The notes under the pieces are model-generated. The model searched no databases. It saw only the letters and a program-made list of their open reading frames with translations, and was not told where the DNA came from. DNA of 64,000 nt from Balanoglossus misakiensis (lineage: Eukaryota; Animalia; Hemichordata). Positions 12,901 through 27,154 of the stretch are shown here, in pieces; positions within the stretch are counted from its first letter, which is position 1, and every line of letters begins with the position of its first letter. The translations under genes were made by a program, and so were the position numbers. Where the stretch lies: the NCBI GenBank assembly GCA_040954595.2, contig CM082580.2, positions 796,783-860,782 of the forward strand, in the 5' to 3' direction.

Positions 12901-15900
12901 CACGTATTAACCTGAGGATTTACAGTCAACATTAAATCCCCATATGCATTATATTCAAAAGTCAATGTGAAGGGCTTGGAACACCATCTATCCTGATGCA
13001 TCATCACGTTTGCTTCACCATTTATCCATATTCAATGTCACCCTTGCATTAGTAATTTTAAATTACAGTGCTTTTGGCCATGTATTAACCTCGGGATTTA
13101 GAGTCAACTTTAAATATCAATGCGCATGCATTAAATACCCATGTCAAAGTGAAGTGTTTGCATCACTATCTACTGAGATGCATCATCAAGCTTGCATCGC
13201 CATTTACCCTGATGCAAAGACTCAGATTCAATATCATCGTTGCATTAGCAATGTCAAATTACAGTGCTTATGGCCACGTATTAACCTGAGGATTTACAGT
13301 CAACATTAAATACCCATGCATATGCATTAAATACCTATGTCAAAGTGCAGAGCTTGCATCACCATCTACTCTGATGCACCATTAGGCTTGCTACGCCATT
13401 TCCCCTAATGCAAAGAATCACATTCAATGTCACCATTGCATTAGCAATTTTAAATTACAGTGCTTTTGGCCATGTATTAACCTGGGGATTTACAATCAAC
13501 TTTAAATCCCCATATGCGTTATATTCCAATGTCAATGTGAAGGGCTTGAAACACCATCTGTCCTGATGCATCATCAAGCTTGCTTCACAATTTACCCCGA
13601 TGGAAAGAATCAGATTTAATGTCATGGTAGCATTAGCAATGTCAAACTACAGTGCTTATGGCCACGTATCAACCTGGGGATTTACAATCAACTTTAAATC
13701 CCCATATGCGTTATATTCCAATGTCAATGTGAAGGGCTTGAAATACCATCTACCCTGATGCATCATCAAGTTTGTTTTGACAACTTTAAATCCCCCTCAG
13801 CATGCATTTAATCCCCATGTCAAAGTGCAGAGCTTGCATCACCATCTATCCTGATGCATCATCAAGCTGCTTCGCCATTTGCCCTGATGCAAAGAATCAG
13901 ATATAGTGTCACCATTGCATAAGCAATGTCAAATTACAGTGCTTTTGGACACGTATTAACACAGGGATTTATAATCTATTTGAAATCCCTATATGCTTTT
14001 TATACCCATGTCTAAGCGAAGTGTTTGCATCACTATCTACTGTGATGCATCGTCAAGCATGCTTCGCCATTTGCCTTAATGCAAAGAATCAGATTAAATG
14101 TCACTGTTGCATTCGCAATGTCAAATTACTGTGCTTTTGGCCACGTATTAACCTGGCGATTTACAGTCAACTTTAAACATCTGTGCATATGCATTAAATA
14201 CGCATGTCAAAGTGCAGTGTCTCCATCACCATTGATCCTGATGCATCACCAAGCATGCTTCGCTATATGCCCTTATGCAAAGAATCAGATTTAGTATCAC
14301 AGTAGCATTAGCCATGTCAAATTACAGTGCTTTTGGCTATGTATTAACCTGGGGATTTACAATCAACTTTAAATCCCCATATGCATTATATTCCAATGTC
14401 AATGTGAAGGGCTTGAAATACCATCTACCCTGATGCATCATCAAGTTTGTTTCGCCATTAACCCTGATGCAAATAATCAGTGTCACCATAGCATCAGCAA
14501 TGTCAAATTACTGAGCATTTGGCCATGTATTAACTTGCGGGTTTACAATCAACTTCAAATCCCCATATGCATTATATTGCAATGTTAACTTGAACGGCTT
14601 GAAACACCATCTATACTGATGCATCATCAAGCTTTCTTCACAATTTACCCTGATGCAAAGAATCAGATTTAGTGTCGCCATAGCATTAGCAATGGCAAAT
14701 AAAAGTGCTTTCGGCCACATATTAACCCAGGGATTTATAATCAACTTGAAATCCCTATATGAATTTTATACCTATGTCAAAGCGAAGTGCTTGCATCAAT
14801 ATCTACCGTGATGCATCATCAAGCTTGCTTCGCCATTTGCCCTAATGCAAAGAATCAGATTCAATGTCACTGTTGCATTAGCAATGTCAAATTATAGTGC
14901 GTTTGGCCGTATACTAACCTGGGGATTTACAATCAACTTTAAATCCCCATATGCATTATATTCTAATGTCAATGTGAAGGGCTTGAAACACCATCTATCA
15001 TGATGCATCATCAAGCTTGCTTCACCATTTTCCCTAATGCAAAAAATCAGATTTAGTGTCATGGTAGCATTAGCAAATCCCTATATGCATTTGATACCCA
15101 TGTCAAAGTGAAGTGTTTGCATCACTATCTACCGTGATGCATCATCAAGCTTGCATCGCCATTCACCCTTATGCAAAGAATCAGATTCAATGTCACCGTT
15201 GCATTAGCAATGTCAAATTACAGTGCTTATGGCCACGTATTAACCTGAGGATTTACAGTCAACATTAAATACCCATGCATATCCATTAAATACCTATGTC
15301 AAAGTGTAGAGCTTGCATCACCATTTACTCTGATGCACCATTAGGCTTGCTACGCCATTTCCCCTAATGCAAAGAATCACATTCAATGTCACCATTGCAT
15401 TAGCAATTTTAAATTACAGTGTTTTTGGCCATGTATTAACCTATGGATTTGCAATTAACTTTAAATCCCCATATGCGTTATATTCCAATGTCAAGTGAAG
15501 GGCTTGAAACACCATCTATCCTGATGCATCATCAAGCTTGCTTCACAATTTACCCTGATGCAAAAAATCACATTCAGCGTCACCATTTCATTAGCAATGT
15601 CAAATTACAGTGCTTATTGCCACGTATTAACCTGGGAATTTACAGACAACTTTAAATACCCATGCATATACATTAAATACCTATGTCAAAGTGCAGAGCT
15701 TGCATCACCATCTACTCTGATGCATCATTAGGTTTGCATCGCCATTCCCCATAATGCAAAGAATCAGATTCAATGTCACCCTTGCATTAGCAATTTTAAA
15801 TTACAGTGCTTTTGGACATATATTAACCTGGGGATTTACAGTCGACATTAAATACCCATGCATATGCATTAAATATCTATGTCAAAGTGCAGAGCTTGCA

Positions 15901-18484
15901 TCACCATCTACTCTGATGTACCATTATGCTTGCTACGCCATTTCCCCTAATGCAAAGAATGACATTCAATGTCACCATTGCATTTGCAATTTTAAATTAC
16001 AGTGCTTTTGGCCATGTATTAACCTAGGGATTTTCAATCAACTTTAAATCCCCATATGCGTTATATTCCATTGTCAATGTGAAGGGCTTGAAACACCATC
16101 TGTCCTGATGCATCATCAAGCTTGCTTCACAATTTACCCCGATGGAAAGAATCAGATTTAATGTCACGGTAGCATTAGCAATGTCAAACTACAGTGCTTA
16201 TGGCCACGTATCAACCTGGGGATTTACAATCAACTTTAAATCCCCATATGCGTTATATTCCAATGTCAATGTGAAGGGCTTGAAATACCTTCTACCCTGA
16301 TGCATCATCAACTTTGTTTTGACAACTTTAAATCCCCCTCAGCATGCATTTAATCCTCATGTCAAAGTGCAGAGCTTGCATCACCATCTATCCTGATGCA
16401 TCATCAAGCTGCTTCGCCATTAACCCTGATGCAAATAATCAGTGTCACCATAGCATTAGCAATGGCAAATAAAAGTGCTTTCGGCCACATATTAACCCAG
16501 GGATTTATAATCAACTTGAAATCCCCATATGAATTTTATACCTATGTCAAAGCGAAGTGCTTGCATCAATATCTACCGTGATGCATCATCAAGCTTGCTT
16601 CGCCATTTGCCCTAATGCAAAGAATCAGATTCAATGTCACTGTAGCATTAGCAATGTCAAATTACAGTGCTTTTGGCCATACAATCAACTTTAAATCCCC
16701 ATGTGCGTTATATTCCAATGTCAATGTGAAGGGCTTGAAACACCATCTATCATGATACATCATCAAGCTTGCTGCACAATTTACCCTGATGCAAAGAATC
16801 AGATTTAGTATCACGGTAGCATTAGCAATGTCAAATTACAGTGCCTATGGCCACGTATTAACCTCGGGATTTACGGACAACTTTAAATACCCATGCATAT
16901 ACATTTAATACCTATGTCAAAGTGCAGAGCTTGCATCACCATTTACTCCGATGCATTATTAAGCTTGCTTCACCATTTTCCCTGATGCAAAGAATCAGAT
17001 TAAATGTCACCGTTGTATTAGCAATGTCAAATTAAAGTGCTTTTGGACTTGTATTAACCTGGGGATTTACAGTCAACTTTTAATCCCCCTGTATACATTT
17101 TAAACCCCGGTGTAAAAGTTTAGTGATTGCATCACCATTGACCCTGGTGCATCATCAAGCATTCTTCAGAATTTGCCCTGATGCAAAGAATCAGATTCAA
17201 TGTCACCCTTGCATTAGCAATTTTAAATTACAGTGCTTTTGGACATGTATTAACCTAGGGATTTACAGTCAACATTAAATACCCATGCACATGCATTAAA
17301 TACCTATGTCAAAATGCATAGCTTGCATCACCATCTACTCCAATGCATCATTAAACTTTTAGCCATTTCCCCTAATGCAAAGAATTACATTCAATGTCAC
17401 CATTTCATTAGCAATGTCAAACTACAGTGCTTTTGGGTGCGTATTAACCCAGGGATTTGTAATCAACTTGAAATCCCCATATGCATTTAATACCCATGTC
17501 AGAGTGAACTGTTTGCATCACTATCTACCGTGATGCATCATCAAGCCTGTATCGCCATTTACCCTGATGCATAGAATCAGATTCAATGTCACCATTTCAT
17601 TAGCAATGTCAAACTACAGTGCTTTTGGGTGCGTATTAACCCAGGGATTTGTAATCAACTTGAAATCCCTATATGCATTTAATACCCATGTCAGAGTGAA
17701 CTGTTTGCATCACTATCTACCGTGATGCATCATCAAGCCTGTATCGCCATTTACCCTGATGCATAGAATCAGATTCAATGTCACCGTTGCATTAGCAATG
17801 TCAAATAAAAGTGCTTTTGGCCATGTATTAACCTAGGGATTTAGAGTCAACTTTAAATATCAATGCGCATGCATTAAATACCCATGTCAAAGTGAAGTGT
17901 TTGCATCACTATCTACCGGGATGCATCATCAAGCTTGCATCGCCATTTACCCTGATGCAAAGAATCAGATTCAATATCATCGTTGCATTAGCAATGTCAA
18001 ATTACAGTGCTTATGGCCACGTATTAACCTGAGGATATACAATCAACTTTAAATCCCCATATGCGTTATATTCCAATGTCAATGTGAAGGGCTTGAAACA
18101 CCATCTATCATGATGCATCATCAAGCTTGCTTCACAATTTACCCTGATGCAAGAATCAGATTTAGTGTCACGGTAGCATTAGCAATGTCAAATTACAGTG
18201 CTTTTGGCCACGTATTAACCTGGGGATTTACAGTCAACATTAAATACCCATGCACATGCATTAAATACCTATGTCAAAGTGAAGTGTTTGCATCAATATC
18301 TACCTGGCTGCATCATCAAGCTTGCATCGCCATTCCCCCTAATGCAAAGAATCAGATTCAATGTCATCGTTGCATTAGCAATGTCAAATAAAATTGCTTT
18401 TGGACACGTATTAACCCAGGGATTTCAGTCAACTTTTAGTATCCCTGTATGCATTTTAAACCCCGGTGTCAACGTTTAGTGATT
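3987..18484. repeat. Satellite DNA array, ~192-194-bp monomer, roughly 75 copies, with higher-order structure
   Basis: attagcaatgtcaaattacagtgc recurs at 6431 and 6623 (192 bp); dimer period 387 (10023/10410); near-identical ORF-track blocks offset by 3930, 4705 and 5420 bp. Confidence 0.97.
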
Positions 18485-19245
18485 AACTTCTTTGCTATTT
18501 AAACATTACATTTTGAGTAAAAGGGGTGAAATGGGATTAAAGTTTATAGTGACATATCGAAAAGAATCTATTTGAATTCGTTCATTTCTGAAATCATATC
18601 GAAAAGAATCTATTTCAATTCGTTCATATCTGAAATATGATAATACGAATATGCATGTTTTATTCGCCATATATGAACACCAATGAAAAGTTATGTTTCC
18701 AGCTTAGGTATCGGTGGATTTGAACCACCTGACATCAGAAGACGCCTCCAGAATACCTTTAAATTGGTTGCATAATTTTCATGTGAATGTTCATAATATA
18801 GCGAGTGATTAATCCCTAATTTATTGTTTTTTGGGGGGGGGTGGGGGGGGGGGGGGAGTTCAAGTAGCATATCTTGCAGGCCAATTTGAAACAATGTGTC
18901 ATGTGGTTAAACTGAAAGAAATTAACCAATATAGTTTCAGCTCTTTTTGAAACAAGGTGTCATTTGGTTGAACAATGGGCCAGTCAAAATAGCATCTGCT
19001 AATTATGCACACAATAGTGTGATGGGTTAGTGGGTTAAGTTTACTTTTACCTTAGCGTTATATAACACACTATCGTGTACATAATCTCGCAGAGCTCATT
19101 CACAATTGTTTTAAAATAAAGCAAGATAACTACATGTATGATAACACACATCTAATTTACGCGCCTAAAGGGCAGTTAAAAAACCTCATACCAATTACAA
19201 AAGAGGGAAAAAAAACTGTCCTCTCCTCCTCTCACCCCATGATCT

Positions 19246-19960
19246 AAGCTAAATTTGGAATTTGGATGGGGTGGGGAGGTTAAGCTAACCTAACATTGTG
19301 CTAACATTTTCTGCCTGTCTGTCGCGTACAATGTGTCGATGCGCGAATACAATCACGGGTACCGTTGCGAGAAATTCCACCGAATAACGATGCTGACGAG
19401 TATTATCTATCTGAGAAATAATAGCATGTTATTCATAAAATATACACATTAACCAATGAATGAACCAACATGATTATTAGACCTTGGACACTTATTTAAC
19501 ATTTTATCATTATTATACCTCTGTCATCATCATCAATATTAACACCCTTTTTATACTTAATATCACCATAAGCCATCACCACAATTATTAATCGTTATTA
19601 TACCCTTGCACAATTGTTACCCTTATTAAACCCGACACAGTTATTACTATTATTATACCCTTCTCATTCATATACCCATTATAACCTGTGTACACAAGCC
19701 ATCATCATATTATAAACCCGTTATACCTTTATACCACATTTGTTACCCTAATATTATTCCCTTCATACAAGCAACCGTTGTTACCCCTTTATAACCTGTG
19801 TACACTCAAATTTTACCATAAAACCATCATCACATTTGTAACCCTTTTATTAAACCAAATTCAAATTTGTTCACCGTTATTATACCATACACATTTCGGA
19901 ACCTATTATCATACCCTGCACAAAGCCATTGCTGTTAACCTAATTTTAAAACAAGTAATC
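19246..19960. repeat. Diverged direct repeat, copy 2 of 78-710
   Basis: Shared anchors with 78-710 in the same order. Confidence 0.75.
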
Positions 19961-20114
19961 ACTACCAATTATTAACCCGATTTATTGGACTATTAAGTTT
20001 TATATTACGATCACCTCGTTTTGTACGTCTATATTACTCTATCTTATAATTTTGGTCAATATGATATTATGTTGAAACTCCACTTCTCCATTCTTCCACT
20101 TCTCCATCCTTTAG

Positions 20115-20590
20115 GTTGACGCTCCATCCATCCATCCATCAAAGTTTATATTAGTAGGTTGACTATGGTTGACTCTCCGCTCCATCCTCCCATCAAATTT
20201 TACGTTAGTTGGTTGATTATGGTGTTACCAGTGTGCCCTACAGGAAAGAAAAAGAGGAAAAAACAGAGAAAAAACTCCACTTCTCCATCCTTCCACTTCT
20301 CCATCCTTTAAGTTGACGCTCCGCGGCACCATCCATCCATCAAAGTTTATATTTTAGTAAGTTGACTATGGTTGACGCTCCGCTCCATCCATCCATCAAA
20401 GTTTATATTAGTAGGTTGACTATGGTTGACGCTCCGCTCCATTCATCCATCAAAGTTTATATTAGTAGGTTGACTATGGTTGACGCTCCCCTCCATCCAT
20501 CCATCAAAGTTTATATTAGTAGGTTGACTATGGTTGACACTCCGCTCCATCCATCCATCAAATTTTACGTTAGTAGGTTGATTATGGTGT
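20115..20590. repeat. 54-bp minisatellite (gttgactatggttgacgctccgctccatccatccatcaaagtttatattagtag), ~4.5 copies plus an upstream partial block
   Basis: Direct reading; gives the 18-aa periodic ORF 20362..20715. Confidence 0.9.
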
Positions 20591-23400
20591 TACCATTGGG
20601 GCCTACAGGGAAAAAAAGAAAAAAAAAGAGAAAAGAAGAGAAAAAAAGAAAGAAAGAAAGAAAGAGAGAGAGAAGGAGAAGAGTACCGGTGGGACCTACA
20701 AAAAAAATAGAATGAAAGAATTAAATGCATGAAATCAATGATAATAATAGGATTAATTTGGCAAGCCAGCCCAACCCAACATACTGCGGGTCAAGGGGTA
20801 CATATCGTCAATTAATGAAAAAAAAATAAAGTGCAACAAACATTGGCTAGGTCAAAGCAGTTCCTATGGATACCAGAGAGTGCCAATGCTGTATCTGCTA
20901 TGTATATAGGAAAGCAGATCAAAGGTCACCAAGAGCTCACCCAAAATTGTCAACAAATGTTTCTTCCAAAATTATCAGTGTAAAATGAAAAACAAGACTT
21001 CTGGCTCTATTGGTTAACCTGGTAATTAGGTGTTCCAGCCCTCAAAATTTGAAGGCGTTATCTGCTGTGCATGCCAAGGCAGGGAAAATAGGTTTAAGGT
21101 AACCAAAGCTAACAAAAATGTCAGAAAAAAATGTGATCGCATACTGGTGAATGTTCAAGAAAACCCAGACTCAAAGCTTCATTATCTAGTCTACAATTAC
21201 GTAAGCACATATTTATAAGGTTATCATTGGTCAAGAAATTCAGCAAAAAAATTAAGTCCAATAGTAGAGCATGTTCATAAAAAATTCAACCTGTAACAAT
21301 ATGGGTAAGCTCAGCATTAGATATTCACATATTTAATAAGCTCAACATTGGTCCAGTGGATTCCAAATGTAACAAAAAAAGCTAAGTCCCATACTTGTCC
21401 ATATACATCAAAAACCAAACCTCTAGTGCTATTAGTCTAGTCGCCATAAGATATTCAGAAAAGAATACAGGTGCCAAACTTAGGACAAAGTTCAATGCCA
21501 ATATTATCAAACAATTTGGGTTATGTCCTGGCAGCAGTACTATTCGTGTGAAAAATAAATCATCACTGTTTTGCTTTTCAACAAGAGGCATATCCACGAA
21601 TAATTAAGTTCTGAAAAAAAAATGGATCAAAGTACATGCGAAAGTTGCCAAAAAATGCAACGTATTCTGGTCATATGGTGACTCGTATCTATAAAAAGAA
21701 TTGGTGTGCAATCAAAGTTTTTAATCAGAATTCATAAAATCCAATTTGGCTTCAATAAACTTTAATTAAGTTCTGAAAGATCTGGATCAAAAGACAAATG
21801 AAAGTTGCCTAAAAATTTGTATTATTAAGTGTTGGAAAAACTGGATTAAAGGACATGTGCAATATGCCAAAAATGGTAACATATTCTGGTCATATAGTGA
21901 GTCATATACATATAAATAATGTTTGTGCTATCAATGAGTAGGCCATAAATAGGAAATCTTAGTTTTAAATCGTTGTTCAGAAAATCCAATTTGGCTCCAA
22001 TAAGGTTTAACCAATCACAATTCACTTGAAAACTTGATTAGAAAAAGTGTTTTAATGATATTTTTCAAAAATCTAATAAGGAATTCTAAGTCACATGACT
22101 ACTAGCAATATTACAGTCAAACTTTGAACTGCACAGTATATTCGAACTTGATTGTCCCTGTAGTTTTGGAAAAGAACTGTCATCTTTTAAAGGTTATCAG
22201 AAAATCCAATATGGCCACCCTGAAGAAGACAATTAAAGGAACATGCAGCATTACAGGGACCAAAGCAGTTAGCATGGTTCCAACAGAAAGCAAACTCTGT
22301 ATCTGTTGTGGATGCTTAGAAATGGTAGGTAAGCCAGAGGTCACGGAAATTTGTGGCAACAAATTTTGACATCAAACTGATCAGTGTTCAACAAAAAAAC
22401 AGACTTTTATTCTCAATTGGTTAACTAGAAAAAGCTTATGTACACAACTTTTGTGTTAAAGTTTAATACTTTATTAGGTGTTTAAGGCCTAAAAATCTGA
22501 AGGCTGTATCTGTTGTGCAGGCCAGGTTATGGGAAAGTACATCAAAGGTCATTGCCAAAATTATCAAAATATTTGGGTTATGTCCTGGCAGCAGTAGTAC
22601 TCTTTGAACAAAATCATGACTGTTGAGCTTTTTATCAAGAGCCATATCCACATAAAATTAAGTTATGGAATTACTGGATCAAAGGACATGCGAGAGTCAC
22701 CAACAAATTGTTTAATCAAATACTGAAAAAAAACTGGATCAAAGAACATATGAAAGTTGTCAAAAAATGTAACATATTCTAGTCATATGGTGACTCGTAT
22801 CCACAGAAAGAATTTGTGTGCTTTCAATGAGTAGGATAAAAAAAGGAATTTTAGCTTTTAATCGGAGTTCAGAAAATCCAATTTGGCTCTGATAAGGTTA
22901 AACCAATCACAATTCACTTGAAAACTTGATTAGAAAAAGATTTTCGTAATTTTTGAATGAGATTTTTAAAAAATCCAATAAGGCACCAAAAGTCACCTGA
23001 CCACTAATGATATTTTATCAAACTTTCAACCGCACAGTAAATTAGAACTTGATTGGCCCTGTAGTTTATGAAAATGTCAACCTTTAAAGCTTATTAGAAA
23101 ATCCAATATGGCCGCCATGAAGAAGACAATTACAACTAAAAGTAGCATTGGAGGGACCAAGGTGTTAAGCATGGTTCCAACAGAAAGCAGAGGCTGTGTC
23201 TGTTGTGGATGCCCAGAAATGGTAAAGTACGCCAGAGGTGAGGCAAAATGTGCCAACAAAATTTGATACCAAACTGATCAGTGTCCAACAAAAAGCAGAC
23301 TTCTACGCTTTATTGGTTAACTTTAAATAGCTCATATACATAATTAGTGTGTTAAAGTTAACACATGCACTTCATTAGGTGTTCCAGTCCTCTAAATTTA

Positions 23401-25203
23401 CAAGTGACCTATTGGTCAAATGAGCTCTGCTGACCTTAACAGTGTAACCTGGGCGATGATATGAATACCCTAGGTTTTAATTCATAACAATTGTATTCTA
23501 TTGAACAAAACCAAACATAGACATCACAAGTATTTATCCAAATTCAGCTTGATTCATTGCACTAAAGAAAGAAAGAATTGAATTCTAAAGAACAACATCA
23601 AAAGGAAGTACCAATGTTCTAATTTGCATATTCATGACCCCATCAAAATTCCAATAAAACAAAATCAGGTAGGGGCACCATAACACACATTCTACCAAAT
23701 TTCAACTCCATCGTACATGTATTTAGGGAGAAGATTTTTTTACCAAAAATTATATTTTTAGATCTAATTTGCATATTTATGACCCCATCATATCCAAATT
23801 AGCAAAATCAGGTAGGGGCACCATAACACACATTCCTACTAAATTTCAGCGCCATCGTACATGTAGTTAGGGAGAAGAAGATTTTTGACCAAAAATTCTA
23901 TTTTTAGATCTAATTTGCATATTTATGACCCCATCTAATCCAAATTAGCAAAATCAGGTAGGGGCACCATAACACACATTCCTACTAAATTTCAGCGCCA
24001 TCGTACATGTAGTTAGGGAGAAGAAGATTTTTGACCAAAAATTCTATTTTTAGATCTAATTTGCATATTTATGACCCAATCAAATCCAAATTAACAAAAT
24101 CAGGTAGGGACACTATAACACACATTCCTACTAAATTTCAGCTCCATCGTACAAATAGTTAGGGAGAAGAAGATTTTTTACCAAAAATTATATTTTTAGA
24201 TCTAATTTACATATTCATGACCCGATCATATCCAAATTTATAAAATCAAGTACGGGCATCATAACACACATTCCTACCATATTTCAGCTCCATCGTACAT
24301 GTAGTTAGGGAGAAGAAAATTTTTGACCAAAAATTATATTTTTAAATCTAATTTGCATATTTATGACCCCATCAAATTCAAATTTACAAAATCAGGTAGG
24401 GGCACCATAACACACATTCCTACCAAATTTCAGCTCCATTGTACATGTAGTTATGGAGAAGAAGATTTTTTACCAAAATTCTATTTTTAGATCTAATTTG
24501 CATATTTATGACCCCATCAAATCCAAATTTACAAAATCAGGTAGGGGCACCATAACACACATTCCTGCCAAATTTCAGGTCCATTGCACATGTAGTTGTG
24601 GAGAAGAAGATTTTTACCAAAAGTTCTATTTTTAGATCTAATTTGCATATTCATGACCCCATCAAATCCAAATTAACAAAATCAGTTAAAGGCACCATAA
24701 CACACATTCCAACCAAATTTCAGCTAAATATGCCCAGTTGTTTTAAAGAAGAAGATTGAAATACAAAAAGTTGACGGACGACAGACGACTGACGACAGAC
24801 GACGGACGACGGACGGACACTTATCAACCTACTGCTACAGCTCGGCTGACACAAGTGACAGCAGAGCTAAAAATCAGGTAGGGACACCATAACACACATT
24901 CCTACCAAATTTCAGCTCCATCGTACATGTAGTTAGGGAGAAGAAGATTTTTTTACCAAAAATTTTATTTTTAGATCTAATTTGCATATTCATGACCCGA
25001 TCAAATCCAAATTAACAAAATCAGGTAAGGGCACCATAACACACATTCTAACCAAATTTCAGCTAAATATGCCAAGTAGTTTTATAGAAGAAGATTGAAA
25101 TACCAAAAGTTGACGGACGACGGATGACGGACGACAGACGACGGACAGACATTTATCAACCTACTGCTACAGCTCGGCTGACACAAGTGACAGCAGAGCT
25201 AAT
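23401..25203. mobile_element. Helentron/HINE (pearl/DINE-like) non-autonomous element with internal 146-bp tandem array; truncated copy at ~34838-35193
   Basis: Inserted in host ctctaaattta|aaagctgtatc with no TSD; subterminal IR agctctgctg / cagcagagct; (gacg/gaca)n microsatellite near the end; repeat period 146 (23804/23950). Confidence 0.75.
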
Positions 25204-27074
25204 AAAAGCTGTATCTGCTGTGCATGCCAAGTTTTGGAAATGTAGATCAAGGGTCATTGCCAAAATTATCAAAATATTTGGGTTATGTCCTGCCAGAGTA
25301 GTACTCATGTGAACAAAATCATGACTGTTGTGCTTTTTAACAAGAGACATATCAATGTACAATTAAGTTCTGAAAGATCTTGATCAAAGGGAAAATGAAA
25401 GTTGCAAAAAATTGTATAATTAAGTGTTAAAAAAAGGATCAATGGACATGTGAAAGTTGACAAAAAATTTTAACATTCTGGTCTTATGTTGACTCTATCC
25501 ATAAAAAGGCTTGGTGTGCTATCATTCAGTAGCCTACAAATAGGAAATTTTAGTTTTTAATCGGAGTTCAGAAAATCCAATTAGGCTTCAATAAGGTTTA
25601 ACCAATCACATTTTACGCGAAAGCGTGATTAAAAAAAGATTTTGGAAATTTTTCATGGGATTTTTCAAAAATCCATAATAAATCCAAATTCACATGAACA
25701 CTATCAATATTATTTTAAAAAATTGGAACGTACAGTAAATTAGAACTTGATTGGCCTTGTAATTTTTGAAAAAAAATGTCAACTTTTAAAGGTTATCAGA
25801 AAATCCAATATGGCCACCATGAAGAAGACAATTAAAAGAACATGCAGCATCACAGGGGCCAAAGCAGTTAGCATGGTTCCAACAGAAAGCAAACTCTGTA
25901 TCTGTTATGGATTCTTAGAATGGTAGGTAAGCCAGAGGTCACGGAAATTTGTGCCAACAAATTTTGATATCAAACTGATAAGTGTCCAACAAGAACCAAA
26001 CTTCTAAGCTCAATTGGTTAACTTTAAATAGGATTTAAGTAGATCATGGCCAAAATTATCAAAATATTTGGGTTATGTCCAGGCAGCAATAGTACTCATG
26101 TGTACAAAATCATGACTGTTGTGCTTTTTAACAAGAGACATATCCAAGTAGATCAAGGGTCATGGCCAAAATTATCAAAATATTTGGGTTATGTCCTGGC
26201 AGCAATAAAACTCATGTGAACAAAATCATGACTGTTGTGCTTTTTAACAAGAGACATATCCAAGTAGATCAATGGTCATTGCCAAAATTATCAAAATATT
26301 TGGGTTATGTCCTGGCAGCAGTAGTACTCTATGAACAAAATCATGACTGTTGAGCTTTTTATCAAGAGCCATATCCACATAAAATTAAGTTATGGAATTA
26401 CTGGGTCAAAGGACATGCGAGAGTTGCCAACAAATTGTTTAATCAAGTTTTGAAAAAACTGGATCAAAGGACATGTGAAAGTTGCCAAAAAATGTAACGT
26501 ATTCTAGTCATATGGCGACTCGTATCCATAAAATTAATTTGTGTGCTTTCAATGAGTAGGCTAGAAATAGGAAATCTTAGTTTTTAATCAGTGTTCAGAA
26601 AAATCCAATTTGGCTCCAATAAGGTGACACCAATCACAATTCACTTGAAAACTTGATTAGAAAAAGATGTTCTGTAATTTTTTAATGAGATTTTTAAACA
26701 ATCCAATTAGGCACCCAAAGTCACATGACCACTAATGATATTTTTGTCAAACTTTCAACCCTACAGTAAACTAGAATTTGATTTGCCCTGTAGTTTATGA
26801 AAATGTCAACTTTTAAAGGTTATTAGAAAATCCAATATGGCCACCATGAAGAAGACAATTAGAGCTACAAGCAGCATTGGAGTGGCCAAAGCGGTTAGCA
26901 TGGTTCCAACAGAAAGCAAAGGCTGTATCTGTTGTGGATGCCTAGAAATGGTAAAGTATGCCAGAGGTGATGCAAAATGTGCCAACAAAATTTGATACCA
27001 AACTGATCAATGTCCAACAAAAAGCAGACTTCTACGCTTTATTAGTTAACTTTAAATAGCTTATATACATAATT

Positions 27075-27121
27075 AGGGTTTCGAGACCCTCTGGTCTCGA
27101 AACCCTCTTGAAATCGTGTTG

Positions 27122-27154
<33 letters not shown>

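Noticed and set aside
4121-18479. Family of short ORFs (MQRIRFNVT..., MHHQ...)
   Set aside because: Translations of satellite monomers; unit lengths vary (192-194 bp) and frames are not conserved between copies
3987-18484. CRISPR-like alternation of constant and variable segments
   Set aside because: The variable parts are homologous to each other and recur; the unit is ~193 bp; no cas genes; eukaryotic context
20362-20715. 117-aa repeat protein with Lys/Arg tail
   Set aside because: 54-bp minisatellite plus purine-rich low-complexity tract; non-ATG start, no splice support
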